Shown in pieces: positions 54,014 through 64,000 of a DNA stretch of 64,000 bases. Positions within the stretch are counted from its first letter, which is position 1. Every line of letters begins with the position of its first letter. Made by a program: the position numbers and the translations under genes. This DNA comes from Octopus sinensis (lineage: Eukaryota): positions 59,024,001-59,088,000 of the forward strand of contig NC_043006.1 of the NCBI RefSeq assembly GCF_006345805.1, written 5' to 3'. The notes below the pieces were generated by a model, which did no database searches, was not told where the DNA came from, and saw nothing but the letters and a program-made list of their open reading frames with translations.

Positions 54014-54218
54014 CGTTTACTATACACACTCTCCACAGTCCGGAATGGATTTTCACCGTAATTACAACCGTAGTGTTTTCAACTTCATAATCGATGACTT
54101 CTACGGTGTATAGCCAAGAGTCTGTCGCCACAGCCAGGGCGAGGGTGACCAGCGCTCCAGCACCTGCCACAAACGACAATACTGTAAGCAATAGTTGGTT
54201 GTTCATGTTCTGTGACAT
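54014..54218 (-). CDS. CACNG: First coding exon of a voltage-dependent calcium channel gamma subunit / TARP (stargazin-like, PMP22-claudin superfamily) gene; 68 codons + 1 nt (phase 1)
   Basis: Translation MSQNMNNQLLLTVLSFVAGAGALVTLALAVATDSWLYTVEVIDYEVENTTVVITVKIHSGLWRVCIVN shows a hydrophobic TM1, AVATDSWLY, an N-T-T glycosylation sequon and HSGLWRVC, matching the CACNG/TARP pattern (e.g. AVSTDYWLY...LHSGLWRVC). It ends at the canonical donor AAC G|GTAAGT (plus strand acttac at 54008-54013), the same position and phase as exon 1 of CACNG genes as I recall them. The paralog number cannot be assigned. Confidence 0.85.
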
Positions 54219-54238
54219 AGTACTCTCACTCCAGCCAT
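54203..54238 (-). promoter_or_regulatory. Out-of-frame upstream ORF overlapping the CACNG start (MAGVRVLCHRT*)
   Basis: An ATG at 54238 (ttcATGG) lies 20 nt upstream of the main ATG at 54218. The uORF is 12 codons including the stop, and its TGA overlaps the ATG of Met5. It is functional only if this segment is in the mRNA. Confidence 0.4.
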
Positions 54239-54377
54239 GAATAATATTTTATATATATATATATGTATATATATATCTATATATATATATTTATATATAT
54301 ATATAGTGTGATATATATATATGTATATATATATATATATGTATGTAGTATAATATATATATTATATATATATGTGT

Positions 54378-54426
<49 letters not shown>

Positions 54427-54719
54427 TCGTGTGACTAAATCTGAGAGGAGACAGAAGTCACTCGAAATTTAGCGCCGATTCCCGCCGTTGCGTTTTTCTT
54501 CTTCTTCTTTTTCTTCTTCTTCTTTCTCCCCCCGTTCACAGCCATTCAACTCGAACACGCAACCAACATCTCAGCAAGTGTCTAGCAAACGTTGACACCA
54601 CCACCACGGCGGCGACAAGCAACCCCGCTAGATCTCCGCTGTGATTCTCGCTTATCTATCTTCATGGCTTCAGAGATATAAAAAAAAAAAAAAAATAGCC
54701 GCTACCGCTGGCCCCTTGT

Positions 54720-55142
54720 TCTGTGGTGTTTTGTTATTGTTGCGGTTGTTGTTGTTGTTAATTGTTACATTCCTGCGGTTGTTGTTGTCTTTTTCGTGAT
54801 TGTTGTTGTTTCCCCCGCTGTTGGTTCGCTTGTACTGCGTTACATGTTTTTAATTCTTCTTCTTCTTGTTCTTAATGCCGTTTTCGGTTTTTGTTATGCT
54901 CTATTATTGGCTGCAGTTGTTATACGTTATTGTGGTCGTTATTGCTATTATTGTTGCTGCTCCTGCTGCTACTGCTGCTGCTGCTGCTGCTGCTACTGCT
55001 ACTGTTGCTGCTACTGCTGCTGCTGCTGCTGCTTCTGGTGCTGGTGCTGGTGCTTCGATGCCGCTAATATTGTTATCACTGTTTTCTTTTACCTTATTGC
55101 TGTCGTAGTTATCACCTCCGCAGTAGTAGTAGTAGCAGCAGC

Positions 55143-55190
<48 letters not shown>

Positions 55191-55560
55191 TGTGTTGTTG
55201 TTGTTGTTTGTTGTTGTTGTTGTTGTCGTCGTTGCTGTACTTGTAGTGTTTTTGCAACTGCAGTTACTTTTAATTTACTTGCTGCTGCTGCTGCCGCTGC
55301 TGCTACCGCCACCGCTGTTGTTGTTGTTGCTGCTGTTGTTTAAGTTGTTGTTGGCTATTGTTGGCTTTGATTTGTCACTTTTGGAACATTCTATTGTCAC
55401 TCATATTGTTGTTGTTGTTATTCTTGTTGTTGTAGTTGTTACTGTTGTTATAGGAATTACTTCTACTGACGACGACGACGACTACGACGACTACGACGGC
55501 GATGGCGATGGCAATAGCGACGTGGGTGATGACGACAGCAGCAAAGATAGATGAACTGAT
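54720..55560. repeat. Mosaic trinucleotide low-complexity tract (GTT, GCT, GTA, GAC) upstream of the CACNG exon; possible 5' UTR or promoter-proximal region
   Basis: Successive runs of (gct)n, (gta)n, (gtt)n and (gac)n; the ORFs here are homopolymer translations. Confidence 0.8.
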
Positions 55561-56044
55561 GACGTTTGATAATTACCGTGCAACCCAAATAAATAAATAA
55601 ATAAATAAATAACCCATTAAAATTTTCAGTGTTATTTCCCCGAACCCCTTAAACGGGCACCAGATATATTAAAAAAAATATTACTGCGGTAGTTAGATCT
55701 TCTTTTGTTTGTGACACACACACACATAGTGTTACTGTTCCTGCTGTTGTTGATGTGGTCGTTTAACCCCAAATCTATCTTGTCAGAGCGGACCTGTGAT
55801 CATGACAAAAGACGCTTTGGCCATTGCCATTTCGTCTCTTTTTCTTCTTTTTCTTTTTGGCCATATGTACATCAGGCAATATATTTTACAATGTACCCTT
55901 CTATTATGAAAAAAACAAAAAAAACAGTCGGGTGGAAATTTCTAGGGAATATTACTGATATTTCTAGCATGTCTAATAACCACTTTTTGGTGCAATTTTG
56001 TTATTATTGGTATAGTTTTTATTAGTGGTTGCGGTGTTATGATG

Positions 56045-56747
<703 letters not shown>

Positions 56748-56764
56748 ATAATAATAATAATATA

Positions 56765-56980
56765 ATCCTTTCTACTATAGGCACAAGGCCTGAAATTTAG
56801 GGGAAGGGGCAAGTCGATTACATTACCCCAGTACTCAACTGATACTTATTTTATTGAGCTCGAAAGGGTGAATGGAAAGTCGACCTCGGCGGAATTTGAA
56901 CTCAGAACTTAAGAACGGACGAAATGCTGCCAAGCATTTTGCCCGGAGTTGCAATGATTTTACTAGCTCGCCTTCATAAC

Positions 56981-57035
<55 letters not shown>

Positions 57036-57180
57036 CCTTTCTACTATAGGCAGAAATCCTGAAATTTCGGGAGAAGGGACAAGTCGATTACTGAACTGGT
57101 ACTTATTTTAGCGACCCCGAAAGGATGACAAGTAAAGTGGACCTCAGCGGAATTTGAACCCAGATCGTGCAGACGGACAA
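56765..57180 (-). mobile_element. Two tandem S2 SINEs (56765-56975 and 57033-57180), each ending at an (AAT)n tract
   Basis: atcctttctactataggc...aagtcgatta...ggcggaatttgaactcag/agcggaatttgaacccag occurs twice. Confidence 0.88.
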
Positions 57181-57490
57181 TAGTTTTTTAAGTTATTGTA
57201 GGGGCACTCGGAGTACTAACAACCAAGTTCGAGAAATATGTCAGAGAAATCAGAAATGACATGAGAGCAGAGCAAGTTCAGAAAACTGCTCTGCTGGGGA
57301 CAGCTAGGATTTTGAGATTGGTACTTGGATGTTAAATATTTTCTACGATAATTAACAAGCAATTGTCAAAGCTTATACTGTGCAGGAAGAAACACTGAGA
57401 CCTCTGACAACAGGCTGCAGTCCGCTCTCACAGAATCAACCAGAGCAAACAAAACCGACCGCTCTGAGAAAAATAAATAATAATAATGAG
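57181..57490 (+). mobile_element. 3' end of an RLE-type LINE (R4/Dong-like) with UTR and short AAT tail
   Basis: IVGALGVLTTKFEKYVREIRNDMRAEQVQKTALLGTARILRLVLGC*. Confidence 0.8.
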
Positions 57491-57861
57491 TCACCATGAA
57501 CATTTATGCCCCATGGTGAAGGAGGAAGAGGACAACACAAAGACAGACATAAAGTGTGGGTGGTTTACATATAATGAAATGACAAAATATGTAAATAAAT
57601 AAATAAATGGCAAAAAAGAGTAAGTATATAAGGTATTCAATGAAAATGAAGGGAAATATACCTTAGTATACGAAGTTTCAAAAAAAAAAGAAGGCAGGGC
57701 GTATGATAGAGATGTAGCCCTTCTGATACAGGATGACCTCTAGGGATAAATGAAGAACCCCACTGCCCAAAATCTCATTGATCTCCAAGGCCTAGTGCCT
57801 TCTTCAATTCCCTTCTCTGGCTCACAGTTCTACGCTTAGAGAGGTACCATTCACTCTTGCC

Positions 57862-57968
<107 letters not shown>

Positions 57969-57990
57969 GTCATGATGGCTATACTGGGCC

Positions 57991-58680
57991 AAAAACATGT
58001 AATGAAAAGAAATATAACAAGTAACTGCAGAATATGTAGAGATAGACAAGAAACAATAAATCATATTATCTCTGGCTGCCCAGTCCTGGCTAAGAAGGAA
58101 TATATTCACAGACATGACAGAGTTGGAACCTACATACACTGGAAGCTATGCCAACATTATGGAATAACAACAGAAAAAAGATGGTATAGGCACACACCAG
58201 AAAAGGTCACAGAAAACGAGAAAGCAACCATACTCTGGGATATGCCGATACACACAGATAGAGAAATTAAGGCCAACAGACCAGATTAGTTGTCAGAGAT
58301 CATGAGAAAAAATGTTTTCTAATTGATGTATCATACTGGCAGATGACAACGTGTCTCTAAAAGAAATGGAGAAACTTTCAAAATACAAAGACCTGGAAAT
58401 AGAGGTAACCAGAATGTGGAATCTAAAAACAGAAACAATTCCTATCATAGTAGGTGCATTAGGCATGATAAAAAATATTCAGACAAATACATAACAAAAA
58501 CACCAGGACTTACAACACATATAACATACAGAAAATTGCACTATTAGGCACTGCACACATCCTACGCAGAACACTTTCATACATAACCATCAGAGCATCA
58601 CAACAAATCACAGCACATACCTAAGGCACACAGAGCTGCGCTCGGTAGTGAAGTGAAAGCACGCTATAAAAATAAAACTA

Positions 58681-58685
<5 letters not shown>
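57991..58685 (+). mobile_element. 5'-truncated R4/Dong LINE (CCHC plus RLE plus 3' UTR), young, flanked by (AAT)n
   Basis: CRICRDRQETINHIISGCPVLAKKEYIHRHDRVGTYIHWKLC...LWDMPIHTDREIKANRPD...QKIALLGTAHILRRTL. Confidence 0.92.
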
Positions 58686-58748
<63 letters not shown>

Positions 58749-58769
58749 TAATAATAATAATAATAATAA

Positions 58770-58868
58770 ATTCCTTTATTATAGGCGCTAGGCCTGAAAT
58801 TTCGGGGAGAGAGTTAGTCGATTACATCGACCCCAATACTCAGATGGTGTTTATTTTATCGACCTTTG
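58770..58868 (-). mobile_element. S2 SINE 3' half
   Basis: ggcctgaaatttcggggagagagttagtcgattacatcgacccc. Confidence 0.75.
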
Positions 58869-58874
58869 AAAGAA

Positions 58875-59371
58875 TTGCTTTTTATAGTTTCTAATCTTAA
58901 CTGATTGCAAGTGTTATAATGTACATGTTTTGTCTTGGTATAAAAGATGGGCTACAACAAATATTCTGGCCAATACCACAGATTTGCTTGTCCCTTGATT
59001 GACCTTAACCAGCTGAGTATGTCCCTTATTAGCTAACGATATGTGCATTTCTGATGACGAGTAGAGGTGCATCATAGTCATATGTTGAGAGGGATTCTTT
59101 GAGGTTTTAATAATTCAATTCTGGAAACATGCGTGTTTCATCCATCATCGTTAAACAACCCTTATTCAAGGACCTTTTATGCGGGATGGGCTACTCGACC
59201 TGAAGAAAATTCTGACGGGACCCACTTGCAAGGTCATGCGCTGTTTATCTTGATAAAAGGTCACCATGTTGCACGGCGTGCCCTTATCAGACAGGTAGTC
59301 ATGATGGCTATACTGGGCCTCGTATATAGTACCCCAGTGTCACTTTGATGGCACGCACTGCTCTCTCACTC

Positions 59372-59372
<1 letters not shown>
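58875..59372 (+). mobile_element. (AAT)n-tailed non-coding repeat (copy 2)
   Basis: Homologous to 56176-56747. Confidence 0.75.
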
Positions 59373-59427
<55 letters not shown>

Positions 59428-59431
59428 TAAT

Positions 59432-59765
59432 GGTTTCAATTTTCAGCACAAGGTCATCAATTTTTGGGGAGGGGTTAAGTCGATTACATCAACTCCAGTG
59501 CTCAACTGGTACTTATTTTATCAACACCCACGGAAAGGATGAAAGGCAAATTCGACCTCAGATGAATTTTAAGTGAGAATGTAAAACCGGCGTGCTAACT
59601 ATTCTGGCAGCTCTCCGTCATAATAAAAACGTATAACATCGTTTCAAATTTAGCATGCGGCTTGCTGTTTTTAGGGGAAGCGGTTCAGACGATGACATCG
59701 ATCCCACATAACTTGACAACCTGTCTGGTACTTTATTTCTTCAACATACGAAAGGATGAAAGACA
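59432..59765 (-). mobile_element. Two degenerate S2 SINEs
   Basis: aagtcgattacatcaactccagtgctcaactggtacttatttt...ggatgaaaggc core, then a second, more decayed copy. Confidence 0.7.
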
Positions 59766-59952
59766 AGTTGTTGAAGTTGTTGTTGCTATTCCCCTTCATT
59801 TCATCTTTCTTCGACACCCACTGAAACATACTCAAAACTTTCATTTTGCATCATAGAACATGCAATTATAATCGCTAAGTGACCACTTAAACAAACGCTG
59901 AACATAATATCTCGCTACTCGTCGCTCTCAAACTTGCTGTTGCTTATATTGT

Positions 59953-60275
59953 TTATTTTATTTTTTTTATTTATGCGCCCTTTTCAAGCCTAGCCAGGCT
60001 CATGGGCCCGGTATCCCGGCTTCTATGGCTCATGTGATCCCCCCAGCTGGACGGGACGCCAGTCCATCGCAGCGTTACTCAAGAAACAGGAAGAGAGAGT
60101 GAGAGAAAGTTGGGGCGAAAGAGTACAACAGGGGTCGCTACCATCCCTTGCCGGAGCCTCGTGGAGCTTTAGGTGTTTTCGCTCAATAAACACGCGCAAC
60201 TCCCGGTCTGGGAATCGAAACCACGATCCTCCGACCGCGAGTCCGCTGCCCTAACCACTGGGCCATTGTACCTCC
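59953..60275 (-). mobile_element. Full-length tRNA-derived SINE (family S4) with A-rich tail and 11-bp target-site duplication
   Basis: Head ggaggtacaatggcccagtggttagggcagcggac...ggtttcgattcccagacc; TSD gcttatattgt at 59942-59952 and 60276-60286. Confidence 0.9.
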
Positions 60276-60377
60276 GCTTATATTGTAGTTGATATAATTG
60301 AGTCCGCTGTCCTAACCACTGGGCCATTGTGCCTCCGCTTATATTGTAGTTGATATAATTATTGTTGTTGTAGTTTA

Positions 60378-60652
60378 CATAGCTTAGTGGTTAGGGTGTT
60401 GCGTTTACGATCTAGCAATTGTGGTTTCAATTCCTAGACCAGGTGATGCGTTGTGATCTTGAACAGAACACTTCATCTCTCGTTACTCTCCGATCACTTC
60501 GACACCTGACTCGTGATTCACTATGTCTGTTCAGACAACGTCGATCTGATGGAGAGAGTGAGATAATGTTCGGCACTATAAACAAATCATTTGTGTAGGT
60601 CGTTGCACAATAGCCAAAGGCTGATACGTCGTCCTCGACGGAAGAGTCCACC
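60378..60652 (+). mobile_element. S3a SINE
   Basis: tagcttagtggttaggg head; cgacggaagagtccacc end shared with 3853. Confidence 0.75.
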
Positions 60653-60664
60653 TTTATTATTAAT

Positions 60665-60926
<262 letters not shown>

Positions 60927-61184
60927 TCTGGTACAGTTGTTGTCTTTGTTGTGAACATTGTCGATAGCCGTCACAATGGTAGCGCTGTAGTCAGCTGGTT
61001 TATCTTCAGTGTGATCATGCTGACTTCCATTGTAGTTTACACTCTGAATTGTAAAGTTTCATATTCTACAGAAAGTAGTGCTGCAGTGTCTGTGCATGCG
61101 CACACACGCGCACACAGACGCAGCCGCATATACGCAATACACTCACAGCGTTCAGAGTTTATATAAACAGTTAACTGTCTCTAG

Positions 61185-61333
61185 TTCTGGCGCAAGAAAC
61201 TTGCTTCTCAGCCCACATGGTTTCGGGTTCAGTTTGAACTGCGGGACTCCATAGGCAAGTGTCTTCTACTATAGATACGGACACAACAAAGGCCTGTTGT
61301 GTGGGGATTTTATAGATGGAAACTGAAAGCCCG

Positions 61334-61426
<93 letters not shown>

Positions 61427-61806
61427 TATGTATATTATATTATAACATATATATATATATACATATATACATATATATATTATATATATATTATATATAT
61501 ATATATATAGGTATATATATATATATATATAATATACATATATATAATATATATATATATATAAATACATATATATCTATATATACATATATATATATAT
61601 AATGTATACATATATATATATGTATACATATATATATATAAACATATATATATGCATGTATTATATATATATATACATACATATATACATATATATGTAT
61701 ATATATACATATATATACATATACATATATATATACATACACACACATACACACATATATATATATATATGTATGTAAGTATATATATATTTATATATAT
61801 GTATGA

Positions 61807-61838
<32 letters not shown>

Positions 61839-62045
61839 TCGTATGTGAGTCCTTGTGTTCATGTTTGTCGTCTACCACCGCTTTGAAACCAGTGTTTGCT
61901 TGTTTACAACCCATTAACTTAGTGATAGTGTCAATATCAAGTTTAAAAATAAGTATTTGAGCAAATTTGTTGAACTCAACCCACGGTGGGGTGCACCAGC
62001 ATTGCTACAGTCCAATGACTGAAACAAAAGATAAAAGATCTCAAA
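61185..62045 (+). mobile_element. S1 SINE split by a ~500 bp expanded internal (TA)n/(TACA)n tract
   Basis: 5' half 61185-61336 ends gaaactgaaagcccgtc; 3' half 61845-62045 has ccaccgctttgaaacc...cagcattgctacagtccaatgactgaaacaaaag. Confidence 0.75.
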
Positions 62046-62067
62046 GACATACATGTCTGTCTGTCTG

Positions 62068-62098
<31 letters not shown>

Positions 62099-62103
62099 GT
62101 CTG

Positions 62104-62138
<35 letters not shown>

Positions 62139-62467
62139 AACAATTAACTCGTAATCGTTAGGTTAATGTATATTTTCCAAATGATAAAGAATAAGAGGTT
62201 TGTTCTCAAACTTATCTCTGGGTTCTTTACTGTAAGCGGCCAGATAGAATATTCTTGAACTTATCAACCCTTGTAATATACATACTACATACATACATAC
62301 ATACATACATACATACATGATGGCAATTATTACTACATGTGTATGTACACGTGTTTGTATGTAATTGGCAAAATTGACAAAAGAAAAATGTCCGTTACCA
62401 GTAGTCGAGAGTTTTTATTTTGCATCATACATACACATATACATACATACATACATATATAATTATA

Positions 62468-62546
<79 letters not shown>

Positions 62547-62605
62547 ATATATATATATATGTGTGTGTGTATATATATGTTGTGTGTGTATATATATATA
62601 TATAT

Positions 62606-62654
<49 letters not shown>

Positions 62655-63422
62655 CACATACACACCTACATCCACAGGATATTACGCTTGAGTGTGTTGT
62701 ATATGTATACAGTCACACTTCTCGTCACTGACTTTCCTTACAATAACATAATTTAAAATATGGTAGCAGTAATCAAAACAAAATATTCTGAGGATGACGT
62801 TGGTCGTGAAATATATTGAATTGAAAGCCAAAATAATTCTAGCACTGAGTTGCAAGGTAGTAGTAGTAAGTAGTAGTAGTAGTAAGTAGTAGTAGTAGTA
62901 TAGCAATATAAGCAGTAATATAAGAACAACAGAAAGAACAGGAAGAAACAAAGAGTTACGGAATGACAGAAGGGAATATCAGTGAGATATAGCAACGAAC
63001 ACGTTGATGAAACAAAGAAACAGAAGCCAATGTAGTGTGTGTACGTGTGTGCGCGCGCGCGCGTGGGCATAATATATATATATATATATATATGTATATG
63101 TATATACACAAATATATTTATGTATGTATATATTGAAAACATCATAAATGCTGAGAGAACTTTTTCATGGAAAAAAATGTATATGTATGTATGTATCTAT
63201 CTATATACATATAAATATGTATACCCATAAAAACACATGCACACACAGATGGCTAGATAGATACATATATACATACATACACACTACGCATGTGTGCGCA
63301 TGAGAGTGCATGTATACTTTTGTATATAATATTTTTTTGTCTCAATTACACTTGAACACTTCTTTTTTGCAGTCCTATAAAACCCATTTGTCTCCATAAA
63401 AAGAGGCAGATATTTTTCATCT

Positions 63423-63467
<45 letters not shown>

Positions 63468-63510
63468 TATATATATAATATATAATATGTTGTGTGTGGT
63501 GTGTGTGTGT

Positions 63511-63558
<48 letters not shown>

Positions 63559-64000
63559 CATGTGACGGCTTCTTTTCAGTTTCCGTCAAACAAATCCTCT
63601 CACACACACACGATCTTATCAGTCATCATCGTGTAATAAAACAATATAAGTGAGAATTAGTATCAATATATAATTATATAATTATATAGATAGAATTATA
63701 ATTAAGAGTACTGAGAAACAACACCTACAATAATTGTGTATACACACACACACATATACATACATATATACACAAACACGCACACACACACACATATATA
63801 CATATACATATATGTATACATGTATATATATACGTGTGTATGTGTGTGTGAGTGTGTATGCATTCATATGCGCGTATGTGTATGTGCGTGTATGTATGTG
63901 TATGTGTGTATATATATATATATACACACACTCATATATACATATTTGTATATATATATATACATATATATATATATGTATATACATATGTGTGTGTGTG

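Noticed and set aside
54796-55554. 252-aa ORF and overlapping ORFs
   Set aside because: Homopolymeric translations of trinucleotide repeats.
60195-60275. tRNA-like sequence (and similar heads in S1-S3)
   Set aside because: SINE heads with A/B boxes but no complete cloverleaf or acceptor stem, continuing into SINE bodies; not tRNA genes.

Overview
Eukaryotic, extremely AT-rich, microsatellite-saturated DNA. The SINE families, the (TA)n/(CA)n/(TACA)n/(AAT)n density and the R4/Dong, Penelope, mariner and Helitron relics point to a coleoid cephalopod, most likely Octopus; this is an inference, no database search was run. Only one host coding exon is supportable: 54014-54218 on the minus strand. 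It encodes the N-terminus (TM1, D-x-W-L-Y and H-S-G-L-W-R-V-C motifs) of a voltage-gated calcium channel gamma subunit / TARP (stargazin, claudin-PMP22 superfamily) protein and ends at a G|GTAAGT donor. I found no downstream exon, so 1-54013 is probably one intron of more than 54 kb. Nearly all ORFs in the supplied track are microsatellite translations or decayed transposon fragments. The most interesting structures are: (1) a ~370-bp inverted duplication coupled to a split, partly inverted mariner, with a fold-back hairpin at one junction; (2) a recurring (AAT)n-[R4/Dong]->(AAT)n<-[SINE] tail-to-tail layout, suggesting SINE tails act as landing pads for a TAA-targeting retroelement; (3) three Helitrons head-to-tail; (4) three short hammerhead-ribozyme-like Penelope-type termini; (5) several long fold-back palindromes inside a neural-gene intron; (6) a near-identical 582-bp tandem triplication that may be an assembly artefact. 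I see no prokaryote-type system (CRISPR, operon) and no convincing novel protein-coding system. Repeat boundaries were set by eye and are approximate.
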